Shown here in pieces: positions 22,914 through 35,633 of a DNA stretch of 64,000 bases. How positions within the stretch are numbered: the first letter of the stretch is position 1; each line of letters begins with the position of its first letter. The DNA is taken from assembly GCF_023055435.1 (NCBI RefSeq), contig NW_025963990.1, forward strand, positions 3,410,001-3,474,000, given 5' to 3'. Under the pieces are notes generated by a model. That model saw only the letters and a list, made by a program, of their open reading frames with translations, ran no database searches and was not told the DNA's origin. A program made the position numbers and the translations under genes. This DNA is from Haliotis rufescens (Eukaryota).

Positions 22914-25088
22914 CTAATAGAAACTGGTATTGTCATTCCAAACAGGTTCCCAAGAAGGCCCGTTAGGTTCACCGTCGTCAAAGTCGTACTCCATCACACC
23001 AGACAACAACTTCGCCTCCTTTGTCGTAGCAACTTCCGGAAGACTGTCGCCGATCGGAGATTTAATTTCACGATGATTGAAAGGATCGCACTTGTCAAAA
23101 ATATTGATTCCTTGAGATGGCCAATGTGATGTCATCATCATATGTTTGTAAGCTATGAGTTTTGAGGGAACATCATCGGCCCGAGCCCACTTGGCCGGCG
23201 TCATGCACACGAACACCACAAAGCGCCATCTGTCGGAATTGGGGCGGCCTTTCTCCGGTCTGCAATTGTCATGCACTGTCCGAGAATCCCAAAGGACCAT
23301 CCCTCCTTTCGGAACAGGAACCTTTGTGGTAACGCAGCCCTTTCCTCGGAACCAAGATTTGTAGTCTTCATTTAAGTTATAATAATCGACTCTGTTGCCG
23401 TTCCTGGCGGAGTCTTCGAATTCTTCAAAGAAAGCGTTGAAATATTTATGCGATCCCGACAAAACCCTGAAGCAGAAGTCAGTTTCAGTCGCCTCCTCCA
23501 AATACAGAGCGCCTTGGTAACCATGGAGACCAATTCTTTTTGCCGGTTGGTCAACGTGTAACCATGCTTTCCCGGTATCATAAATTCCGAATTTTTCAGT
23601 TTCCGGTGGGAAAGATATGGCTACACCGTCAAAGCTTGTTAGGAGCTTCTCAGTCTCCCAGACTTTAGCAAAAACTGGTTTGGCTTTAAAGCGGCAGTTC
23701 CAGGTGTTTTCGAAATGACCAATATCATATCCCTGAACGACTGAGTGCAGGTGAGATGGCCCATCCTCCTTCTCGAACTGGGACAGCCAATCACGGTACT
23801 CGGATATGTACACGTCACAGTCCTGCGCACTGCAAACATCCGGTATCACGGCATACCCTTTCTCCTGAAGATCTTTCATAACTGAGTCTCTGGTGATGAA
23901 GACAAAAATGAAATGTGTTACTGTCAAGACCAAACAAATGCAAGAGTCATCAGCCGTATATAATGAGATATATGTAAATAATGTATTGCTCTTTCAAAAA
24001 AAATTCATTTGCGTTAGTCGGTCAGTCTTGTCCGGTTTGGTTGTCGCTATATCCCGGCCTATTTAATTACCAACATAACAAGGATTGACGTGAGCTGGGT
24101 GTTACTACAGGGCTTATTGTAACCCTACCCCTTCTTTCAGGGTAGAGACCGCCTCCGTGGTCAAGTGGTATAGCGTCCGCTCGGAGAGCGGAAGGTCCGG
24201 GGTTCGATCCCCGACCGCGTCATATCAAAAGACGTTAAAAGATGGTACTTGTTGTTACCCTGTCTGGCGCTCGGCATTAAGGGGCTAAAACAAGAACTGG
24301 TCGGCTCGGAGGCAGTATACTGTGTCTGAGTAGGGTATCCATGTTAAACTGCGGCATGGTATCTCAGTGTGCTAGCACTATAAATCGGCATCAGTCCGGA
24401 CTAATACAAGCAGCCACACACACACACACACACGACGCTATATAAGTGCAATAATCTTGGACGCGACGTTAAACCCCATTTCACCTCACCTCACCTTTCA
24501 GGGTAGAGAGCCTCAGTGTCTTTAGTGTCGACTAAAGTGGGAGACACGAGCATCCATCTCGTGACCTGGGTGGCTGGTTGTCATTGCTTGAGTCGTTGCT
24601 GCTAACTTCTCAATGTCGCAGTTTGTATATCGGATAAAGTTTTTTTAAATACACGAAGATAGCCTATCCAAAAGAATTATGACGCCGTGGCCTACTTTAG
24701 TTAGAGAAGTGTAGATTTATGCACCTCAAGTGACTTCGTCCTATTATTTTGAGCATATGTATTGTAGCTTGTTATCTCCCTTGGTCTGCAGACCATGTAA
24801 TCGTATCCTTCTGGGCATTGATATATGAAGATCAACAAGGATATAATAAGGATTAAATAACATGTTTAATAACCAAACCAACGCAGAACCAATCAGATCA
24901 CATACTAATGTGTTTTTCTCAATATTTCTTCAAACAATATTAGATAAAATGGCAGTGGTATATTATTTTTTATATACCGAAGAAGTTTATTCGGTATCAA
25001 AGGCCGCATGGCCAAGAGTTCAATACATGAGATTAACTTTAGCACATGGATAGGTGGGACACCTATTATACTGTCTCAATACAATATG

Positions 25089-25151
<63 letters not shown>

Positions 25152-25795
25152 GTGTGTGACATTTGGATTGGTTTTCAAAGCAACATGACATAACTTTAGG
25201 AGAGGGCGAAGAGAGAAGAGGTTGGTCGGTCCTGGCGAGAGGACTGACGAGGTTGGTCGTTGGTCGGTCCTGGTGGGAGGACTGACGTGGTTGGTCGTTG
25301 GTCGGTCCTGGCGGGAGGACAGACGAGGTTGGTCGTTGGTCGGTCCTTGGCGGGAGGACTGACGAGGTTGGTCGTTGGTCGGTCCTGGCGGGAGGACAGA
25401 CGAGGTTGGTCGGTCCTGGCGGGAGGACTGACGAGGTTGGTCGGTCTGGGGTGAAGACAGACGACGTTGGTCGGTCTGGATGGGGGTGGGGGAGGAGGAC
25501 AGATGAGGTTGGTCAGTCGGGGGGGGGGGGGGGGGGGAACAGACGAGGTTGGTCAGTCTGGGGGGAGGTCGGGAAATCTGAGTGGTAGGGGTCTGAAGAA
25601 CGAAGGAATTGCGAGGATTCATGACATAAGCATTGACGATTAATACTTCTTGTGTGTTGAATATACACGCGGGATGTACCTGATAATTTGGTTGAAAATA
25701 TATCAATAAATATAATTTGGATTGTAGACGAGTCTATGTGTATCAATTTGAACGTACCTGTCAAAACACGCCCCTCCTTTCATATTAGCAGCCAT
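22914..25795 (-). CDS. PhyH-like Fe(II)/2-oxoglutarate-dependent dioxygenase, paralog 1 (chimeric)
   Basis: Exon 1 25758-25795 (MAANMKGGACFDR), phase-2 GT-AG intron, exon 2 22914-23889. Motifs: KGYAVIPDV, WLHVDQ (HxD), VPKGGMVLWDSRTVH (distal His), RWRFVVFVCM (2OG Arg). Confidence 0.88.
24147..24494 (+). mobile_element. SINE family D in the intron of paralog 1
   Basis: Full length; 15-bp TSD CTTTCAGGGTAGAGA; absent from the paralogous intron of gene 2. Confidence 0.88.
25091..25149. repeat. (CT)n microsatellite at the chimera junction
   Basis: Direct reading. Confidence 0.9.
25215..25572. repeat. G-rich intronic minisatellite (GGAGGACAGACGAGGTTGGTCGTTGGTCGGTC)
   Basis: Tandem units with poly-G tracts; paralog at 49068-49622. 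Confidence 0.85.
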
Positions 25796-26259
25796 GCCTG
25801 ACGTGTCGTCTGCTCTCTCCAGAATGAAATATCGTGACTCGTTATCTTTAAACGTGACAACGTATTCCAATGACTTCAGAGCAGTCAGAAACCTCTAAGG
25901 TTTATATCTAGGACTGTATTCTGAAATTGGTTGCTCCGGTATTCGCTAAAACCTCGCTGCTTGTTGGAGTTTCCATTTGGATAAAAATAGGAAAATACTC
26001 ATCCAAGGTGTGTTCGAGCGAATGTTTGGTGTATGTTTTACTAACGTGTTCTTTTAACCGGCACACTGTGTTCTTGAAGTGAGTTTGAGGAAGTGGGTAC
26101 AACAGTACGATGTGTTTATGTACAGCTACCGAAATTAAAAATAAACACCAAAACATACCGAGTATATTATTCATATCCACTAATCAGATTAACGTTAGTG
26201 TTGTTTTGAAACGTTCAGTTAGATAACAGACTTTATCTTCCATAATTTCTGAAGGCACA

Positions 26260-26430
26260 GGAGCGGTGGGGTAGCCTAGTGTTTAAAACGTTCGCTCGTC
26301 ACGCCGAAGAACCGGGTTCGATGCCCGACATGGGTAAAATGTGTGAAGCCCATTTCTGGTGTCCCCCGCCGTGATATTGCTGGAATATTGCTAAAAGCAG
26401 CGTTAAATCAAATTCACTCACACTCACACA
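26260..26430 (+). mobile_element. SINE family B upstream of paralog 1
   Basis: Family match; paralog at 50312-50460. Confidence 0.8.
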
Positions 26431-26557
26431 CACTATGAAGGCATACTCGCCATGAATGAGAATAATATTTATAAATTCCTGTGAGATACCAAGGCAGAAC
26501 GGATCCCCAGTACCCTTTCCTTTTATATGTTTGCCTGGTCAAGACTCGTTTATTTAC

Positions 26558-26957
26558 GGGGGTACGGGTGGCCCAGTCGTCTAAGACGCCGCGATACGCT
26601 GTGCAGAGTTGCGTCCCTTGGGCACGCCAGAAATCTATGATTGTGGGTTCGAACCCCGGTTCGCCCCGATTATGTTTCTAGGTTTGTCAGCACCATACCC
26701 GTGCTCGTGGGTTTCACCGAAGTGGTAAACGTCTGAGACCTGCATCACTTCGGGCTTTCCTCCCACATTAAGCTGACACGACGCAATATAAGTGTAATAC
26801 TCTCTCACTCACTCTCTCACTCATACACACAAACAATAGTTTCAAGTCGATATAACTTTACTAAAATTTTCAATCAATGACATTAAGCTGACACGCCGTG
26901 ATATAACTGGAATACTGTTAAAATCGGCGTTAAACCCAACTCACTCACTCACTCACT
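26558..26957 (+). mobile_element. SINE family A with internal ~115-bp insertion and duplicated 3' segment
   Basis: TSD ACTCGTTTATTTA; identical structure at 50755-51170. Confidence 0.85.
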
Positions 26958-29492
26958 CGTTTATTTACAGGCTATCAGGATATAAATGGAAAGTTGCATG
27001 TTAAAACAACATTCACCTACTTATGACTTGAGTTTATGTCGTTTGCATGACTGGCTTCATGTGCCCGTTCAAAAACAGAAACACGAAACGCATCGCACAA
27101 CACGCATTCGTACGCACTGCTTCTCAACTGAACCCGGAAGTGCATCGAACTTCCGTGTTGTGACAGCACACAGCGTGCAGTGAGACTGGATTGTTTGCGG
27201 TACAGCAGAACCTGAAGAAACTTTCCTTCTTTATCAATCTTGGGAGTAGTGCACTTTACCGAGAACGGGTGTTTGATTGTAAAGATGTGTAAGTTTCCCT
27301 AAGACCGAAAACGGGTGTTCGATCGTGAAGCGAGAGTCACCAGAGCGTGAGGCACGGTAACGGTATAACGAGACAGCGGTCTATAGCGCGGTAATTGAGC
27401 GGATGGTAGAGCTCGGGCTGCGCCCGGTAAACTGCATTGTTGCCTCAATCTGTAAACTATCATTATTTTATGCAAAACTAAGAGGAAATAAATCAAAATG
27501 TTTGTAAAACGTTCGTGTATTTTGTAAGCAAGTGTGGAATTTTAAGGAATTTTATTCCCGGTATCACCTTCCACTTTGCCATTGTCTCATGGAAAATAAA
27601 CACTGGGCATTCAAATAGGAAGTGTTCCTTCTCGTTAGCAGTGTGTCATAACTCCCGTATAGCAACGTATATATCAAGTTCCATACCAACTACTTCTCGT
27701 GCACTCCCTGTTTCCTTCAGCGTTTTCAGTTGTGGTGTATTTGGATGGGCTAAATATGGACACGGTAACTTTCTAAATATCCAGTATAACATTAAATTCA
27801 AAATTCAAATTCTAATCCAGGCTGGTAATGTTCATATTCATTACATTAAATATGGTTAAATGTCAGTGGTTTTCATTCCCCATCGGATAGTTTGAAAGAG
27901 GACGAGAAAGTGATGTGTCCCCCCCACACAAGATGATTGATCAATATCAGTATTGTATATTCATAAAAATTATACTGAATTCGTTTTTGTTTTGTTTGCA
28001 GGTCTTACCAGTTGGAACTGGTGTTTATATTGGTGTTCATGTTAGGTTCAGATAAAGTATCATTTTTTTTAATCAATAAACTGGAATTTAGTTTTGCATT
28101 TTTGGTATGCATTAGAAGTATTGTATACAGGCTACTAGTATGGCTCCTTGTAATTCTATACTCATTGTGGGCAAGTCTAGATGAATCCAACGTCAAAATG
28201 TTCTTACTCTTTACATAATCTAGAAATTATTATTTAAAACTAATAAGTTTTGCCTTCGAGACTTGTGCAAATGTAACAGGCTACCCATTGCACAGGTTAG
28301 GCAAATTAAACAGTACAAATGTCTCAGTTGGTTTATAAGACATCAATAGTTTATGTAAGTGTTTGGGACATCCCGTGAAAACGTAAACAAAGTAAAGTGT
28401 GGCAGCAGTGAGGTAGTTGTTTTAATGCTGCTATAAGCATAATGCCAGTCACATCACTGTAGAGGGCACCAAGTGTACACATTTGCATGTGGCAGACCTG
28501 TCAACCCCTCATCATGACAATGTGGGAGATTTGAATTCAAAATGGGGGAGATTTGCCTCCAAAGGGGGAGATTTTTAAAATAGTGAAGACAAGATAATTT
28601 CCAACTTTTATTTTTAATAATGTTACTAAGAAAACCAAATATTTATATTGTAGGTGGGGTGAAGTCACATGCAAATGCTAGTACCAGTCAGCAGGACCTG
28701 TGCCCTACATCTGTGTATATTATTAGTTTTACACTCACATCTATACATAGGATGTGAAGCACATGTATTACCATGAATAGAACACCTTCTTTACATCAAA
28801 TTATACATGCATTTTGTCTGCTGTTAAATTGTGTGTTCAAATCTGAAGAAAGAAGAGGATACTCCTATGTAGGAACTAAATAATGTTTGTGTAAGCTTCA
28901 CATTGGCTTTTAGTTTGTGACACACGATTGGACATTCATGCAATGATAACTTAATACAAGAAAGAAGTGTATGTAGTGTATTACAACCATGTGTCCCAAT
29001 AACCTCAAATGTCACCTTGAACATTGACATATATAGCACTAACATTTAATGTGGCAGTATTTGTAAAGATGTACATATATAGTTTCATGTCTACAGAGAA
29101 ATAATAAAGAAGGCATATACAATTTTGATAAATGCATGAATACCCCCTACTTGCAAAGCGTAACCACAAATGTGTTTGTCTTGTGTCATTTACCAATTTT
29201 TACCAAAACAACTCCCCAGGAACATTTTGAAAAAATCCTGTGAAGAATAATCCCCCAAGTAATTAATCTTTGTGTAGTGGTTTAATAGTTACTTTCATAC
29301 AACCACTTGTATTACCTTCCATGTTCGTATTAAGTGTCCATGTTCTTTACCAGTAAATAATCGTTTTAGAAAATGGTCAAAAGAAACACAATATGTAAAA
29401 ATGTGAGACATTATTATTACAGGTCACAGACACACCAACTGATGATGAGGGTTACTTTTAGGAATCTAAACTGACACATAACAATATGAAAA

Positions 29493-29609
29493 TGTACAGC
29501 ATAATGTCACACATCAGACATTGTACAGCATAATGTCACACATCAGACATTGTACAGCATAATGTCACACATCAGACATTGTACAGCATAATGTCACACA
29601 TCAGACATT
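29493..29609. repeat. 29-bp tandem repeat x4 (TGTACAGCATAATGTCACACATCAGACAT)
   Basis: Direct reading. Confidence 0.9.
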
Positions 29610-30127
29610 CTGTGCATATATAAAAATTACACATCAACAACTTTCTGAGTTGTGGCAGAAAGCCACAGTTTCCCACGCTTCCCTTGGCAGACATGCATAG
29701 AGTTGGTGCAGTCTTCATGATCTACTCAGCAGAACTCAGACAGACTAGAAATGTGGCATCACTTTATTATTCCGATGGTCATTACATGGCGACATCCAAT
29801 ATACACAAATATCAAACCATCTCTCTCAAATAATTGTACATAAATTCTAGAGCTGGGACGAGTCCAAATTTACTACCCGGGGGCCCCACCCCACTATTAT
29901 TTCAAGAGATACAAAATGTCCGATGTTGATTTTCTTTTACCACAGTACATGCAAAACGTATTTAGATACATGAATTAAACAATCTGGTCATGCATACACT
30001 GAAGGTAACTTAAGTTATATATCTTTATTCAACCATATGAAAAGAAATTCGAACATTAGTGACATGTAGTGTAACCATAGAGTTCTAGATAAATTTTGTT
30101 ATTAAACAATATATCACATGACTAACT

Positions 30128-30852
30128 AATTCTGCTCACAAGTTAGAAATGGGATTTACTATCAGTAGCCAAAAGAAAATCTTAAGATTCCATTATACAT
30201 GTATGTCAAGTTTATAGGCGTTATCCCATTTCTGGTCGAGGGGACATGAGTAATAATAAAGTCAAAAATCTCTTAAATTAGAAATATTGACCCATAGCAT
30301 TCAGGCTTTGCTGACAGGTTTGAAATGTTATTTACTATCAGTAGCCAAAAGAAAATCTTAAGATTCAATTTTATTTGTCGAGTTTATAGGCGTTATCCCA
30401 TTTCTGGTCGAGGGGACATGAGTAATAATATAGTCAAAAATCTCTTAAAATTAGAAATATTGACCCATAGCATTCATATTCTGCTCTCAAGTTAGAAATG
30501 GGATTTACTATCAGTAGTCAAAACAAAATCTTAAGATTCCATTATATGTCAAGTTTATAGGCGTTATCCCATTTCTGGTCGAGGGGACATGAGTAATAAT
30601 ATGGTCAAAAATCTCTTAAAATTAGAAATATTGACCCATAGCATTCAGGCTTTGCTGACAGGTTTGAAATGTTATTTACTATCAGTAGCCAAAAGAAAAT
30701 CTGAAGATTCCATTATTTGTCGAGTTTATAGGCGTTATCCCATTTCTGGTCGAGGGGACATGAGTAATAATATAGTCAAAAATCTCTTAAAATTAGAAAT
30801 ATTGACCCATAGCATTCATATTCTGCTCTCAAGTTAGAAATGGGATTTACTG
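30128..30852. repeat. ~180-bp tandem repeat x4 with alternating variants
   Basis: TTTACTATCAGTAG..AAAA.AAAATCT ... AGGCGTTATCCCATTTCTGGTCGAGGGGACATGAGTAATAAT recurs four times. Confidence 0.85.
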
Positions 30853-32084
30853 ACTGTCCGTCTTCATGCGGCCCATTTTTTTTCTCTTGCCCATTTTTTC
30901 TGAAATGGGAGAGAGAGTGAATGAAATTGTTCAGTCTAGATGGGGTTTTGCATGGTCAAAGGGATCAGGAGGGGCCTTTGCAACAGCCCATGACTGCCTG
31001 GGGGGTCCAGGGAGGGGCCTTCCCATCATTGTAGACTTAAGACTACAATGAAAGGTTTAAGGGCTCCAAAAGCTGCCTTTAAACCTGCTGAAGGTCTTAA
31101 GTCTACACAAGTCCTTTAAAAAAAGACAGAGAGAAAAAGAAGGTGGATTTGATTTTTTGCCAGTTTCCTAGGGTGCCTTGGACTGTTTGAAGCTCACCTG
31201 GCAAGCTGGAAGAACCTCTGAGGTGCACACTGTCTGTCGCCTTGACGCGCCGAGGAAGCCGCCCATTTTTTCTGAAATGGGAGAGAGAGTGAATGAAATT
31301 TTTCTGTCTAGATGGGGTTTTGCATGGTCAAAGGGATCAGGAGGGGCCTATGCAACAGCCCATGACTGCCTGGGGGGTCCAGGAAGGGGCCACCCCATCA
31401 TTGTAGACTTAAGTACAGTAATTATATCCTTAAAGTAGGCAAGTCTAGATAAGCGGACGGTACAGGATGCCAGTATGGGGACCACTTGTTCGTATTATTT
31501 ATATAATCTTAAAATTATTAGTTAAATTAATATTTTTCCCTTAGAGACTTGTGCAAGTCTAATGTCTTCAGTGTGACGCGAGTTACGCTACAACAACTCG
31601 GCTACTCCACCAACCGCCCCCTTGGACGTTTCACACAGCCTTCGCCGTGGCCAAGTGTCTGTCCGGCGACGCGGGAGGTCAGTGGTTCTATCGTTAAAAG
31701 ACCTTAAAATATGGTACTTGTTACCCTATCTTGCGCTCGACTTTAAAGATAAAACAAGGAGTCGGAGTCGGTATTATGTGTCTGAAAGGGGTATTCGTGT
31801 TAAACTGCTGCATGGTATGTCAGTGGGCTACAACTGTGAAGCCTTCTAAACTCTGGACAAGTACCAGGAGCGTGGTGCATCCAGAACATATAACACGTCA
31901 CGAGGACATTATAAATCGAGATGACATCATATGACACGATGACATAATACGTCCTAAGTACATGGTGCGTCACGAGTACATGATAAGAGGGCATGACACG
32001 TCAAGAGTGAGTGAGTTAAAATTTGAAATTTAACGTCGCATTATTTCGGCATTATTTCAGCCACATGGCGACATAAAACATCAA

Positions 32085-33680
32085 GAGGACACAACAGGTC
32101 ATGGGACACGATACATCTAGAACACATGATACGTCACCAAGACACAAGACGTCAAGAGGACATGATACATCACGCAGACACAATACGTCAAGAGGACATG
32201 ATACGTCACGAAGACACAGTACGTCAAGAGGACATGATACGTCACGAAGACACAATACGTCAAGAGGACATGATACGTCATGAAGACACAATACGTCAAG
32301 AGGACATAATGTGTCATGAGGACATAATACGTCAAGAGGACATTATACGTCAAGAGGACATTATACGTCAAGAGGGCATTATACGTCACGAAGACAGATT
32401 ACGTCAAGAGGACATAATGCGTAACGAGGACATTATACGTCAAGAGGACATGATACGTCACGAAGACACAATACGTCAAGAGGGTATAATGCCTCACAAG
32501 GACATGATACGTCAAGAGGACATGATACGTCACGAAGACACAATACGCCATGAGGGTATAATGCCTCACAAGGACATGATACGTCAAGAGGACATGATAC
32601 GCCACAAAGATACAATACGTCAAAAGGACATATGCTTCACGAGGACATAATACGTCAAAAGAACATGCTACGTGACGAGGACAACGTACGTCAAGAGGAC
32701 GTGAGACGTCATGGGGACATGAGACGTCACGAGGACACAATACGTTATGAGGACATGATACGTCAAGAGGACATAATGCCTCACAAGGCTATAATACGTC
32801 AAGAGGACATGATACGTCACGAAGACACGATACGTCAAGAGGATATAAAGTGTCACGAGGACATAATACGTCAAGAGGACATGATACGCCACAAAGATAA
32901 ATACGCCAAGAGGATATAATGCGCCACGAGGACATAATACGTCAAGAGCACATGATACGCCACAAAGATACAATACGTCAAAAGGACATATGCGTCACGA
33001 GGACATAAAACGTCAAGAGGACATGCCTCACAAGGACATAATACGTCACGAAGACACAATACGTCAAGAGAACATAATGCCTCACAAGGACATAATACGT
33101 CAAGAGGACATGATACGTCACGAAGACACAATACGTCAAGAGGATATAATGCGCCACGAGGACTAATACGTCAAGACCACATGATACGCCACAAAGATAC
33201 AATACGTCAAAAGGACATATGCGTCACGAGGACATAATACGTCAATAGAACATGCTACGCGACGAGGACACAATACGCCAAGAAGACATGATACGTCATG
33301 AAGACACAATACGTCAAGAGGACATAATGCGTCACGAGGACATAATACGTCAAGAGGACATATACGCCACAAAGATACAATACGTCAAAAGGACATATGC
33401 GTCACGAGGACATAATACGTTAATAGAACATGCTACGTGACGAGGACACAATACGCGAAGAAGACATGATACGTGACGAGGAGATAATACGTCAAGAGGA
33501 CGTGATACGTCATGGGGACATGAGTCGTCACGAGGACACATTACGTCAAGAAGACATGATACGCCACGAGGAAACAATACATCACGAGGACATAATACGT
33601 CAAGATGACACAATACGTCAAGAAGATATGATACGTCACGAGGACACAATACGTCAATAGTACATGATACGTCATGATGA
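32085..33680. repeat. 18-bp CpG-rich minisatellite, second copy
   Basis: Same units as 18230-20085. Confidence 0.9.
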
Positions 33681-35480
33681 CATACTTCCACACGACGTAC
33701 ACATAGACGTCCAAAATAGTACATGTTCGTCAAGTTAGGAAGAGTTTCGTATCATTTATGTAATAAATCAAATTATATGGTTATATGCATGATATTATTC
33801 ATTGATACACGTCTTTAACACCAGACAGCAAGACTCCAGCTAACTGACGGCAGCCTGTACATAATTGAGTTTGGACAAACGAGTGACAGAAAGAATGAGC
33901 AACCGACAACGCCCATCGGGACACGGTGACATGCAACTGACCAAGCCAACGAGCCTGACCAGTAGACCCATTTAGCTGACTATTACGACAAGCATAAGCT
34001 ACTGGAGACCTATTCTACACTAGAATCCCCACGCGTGTAAACTCGTAAAGGTCCGGCTTAGAATAGGTCTTCAACAACCCATATCTGCCGTAAAAGGCGA
34101 CTTGGCTTGTCGTAAGAGGTGACTAACGGGGTTGGGTGGTCAGACTCACTGACTTGGTTGATGCATGTCATGGTATCTCAATTGTGTGGATCGATGCTTA
34201 TGATGTCAATCACTGAATTGTCTGATCCAGACTCGATTATTTACAGACCGCCGTCGTATAGCTGGAATACGGCGGCCTAAGTGCAACAAATAAACCAAAC
34301 CAGTCCACGCGTGTCCAGATCATCGAAATATTAAATAATCTCCATAAAGCGAACACTGACTTGAAGTGAGACAATCTTGTGGCGTTCCCATTACGTATGT
34401 TGCATACGTTGCCATGGAAACAAAGAGTCTCAGATCGTGTTTCTACACACTCGAAATTCATTTATCTGGAAGGTTTGAAATCGTTTATTGAATATTTCTA
34501 TGATCTAGACACGCTTGGTTTGGTGAATTTCACCTCTTTATACACATAAAGCATATGTAACACAAATATCGATGTAAATAAGAATTAAGATTACTATCAA
34601 TATCGATTTTTTCGTGAATTAGTTCACATTAAGAAAAGTACATCTATTTACATGTTATATGGGGCCCGTGAAGATCCGGGGTAAAAAAGATCTTCAGCAA
34701 CCCATGCTTGCTGTAAAAGGCGAATATGCTTATTTGTTGTTTTACGCCGCACTCAGCAATATTCCAGCTATATTACGGCGGCCTGTAAATGATTGAATCT
34801 GTACCAGACAATCCAGTGATTGACATCATGAGCATCGATCCACGCTATTGGGATACGATTACACGCGTCAACCAAGTCAGCGAGCTTGACCACCCGATCC
34901 CGTTAGTCTTACGACAAGCATAGTCGCCTTTTACAGCAAGCATGGGTTGCTGAAGACCTATTCTACCCACGATCTTCACGGGTACCCTGTCAATGAACGA
35001 ACGTGTAAACTCTACAACATGAGCGATGTTGGTGATGAATTCCATTACATTCTTCTGTCCTTTTTTCGAACACCAACGGAAAATATGTGTTCAAAATTCA
35101 TATGTTTAAAACCAAAATATGCTTAAATTGAAATAACTCTTTAATTGCAAACAAAATAGTGATATAAAAGCAATCTGTACATTCGGTAATGTCATCATGA
35201 AAACTAAAATATTCCACGTAAAACATCCCGCCATCTTATGTATATATTGTTTGTAAATTTGTACCTCGTATGCCGAGTATCCCGGCCTGAGTGCAAATAA
35301 AGTTCAGCTCTGTTCTGATAAATAACGATTGCAATAGTATCGTATACTACAGTTTGAATAAATATTGATTATCAATAGAATGGCTTGCCATAGAAATGTC
35401 TTCTGTGTCGACTTGTGAAGAAAAAAATGAAACATGGAGACCACTTCGTGTCGTGTGATTATTTTGTATATTTTTTGTAT

Positions 35481-35633
35481 NNNNNNNNNNNNNNNNNNNN
35501 NNNNNNNNNNNNNNNNNNNNNNNNNNNNNNNNNNNNNNNNNNNNNNNNNNNNNNNNNNNNNNNNNNNNNNNNNNNNNNNNNNNNNNNNNNNNNNNNNNNN
35601 NNNNNNNNNNNNNNNNNNNNNNNNNNNNNNNNN
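35481..35633. other. Assembly gap (N run)
   Basis: Run of n characters. Confidence 1.

Larger units (their letters stand above)
17542..27107. repeat. Segmental duplication copy A (paralogous to ~31412-43493 plus ~49050-51320)
   Basis: Near-identical collinear unique sequence, satellite, retroposons and dioxygenase exons; starts GTACAGTAATTATATCCTTAA and ends CACAACACGCAT in both copies. Confidence 0.85.

Noticed and set aside
23890-23933. ORF-track N-termini of the dioxygenases (also 40922-40974, 53934-54046, 62241-62272)
   Set aside because: They run through polypyrimidine/AG acceptors into intron sequence; true starts are in upstream micro-exons
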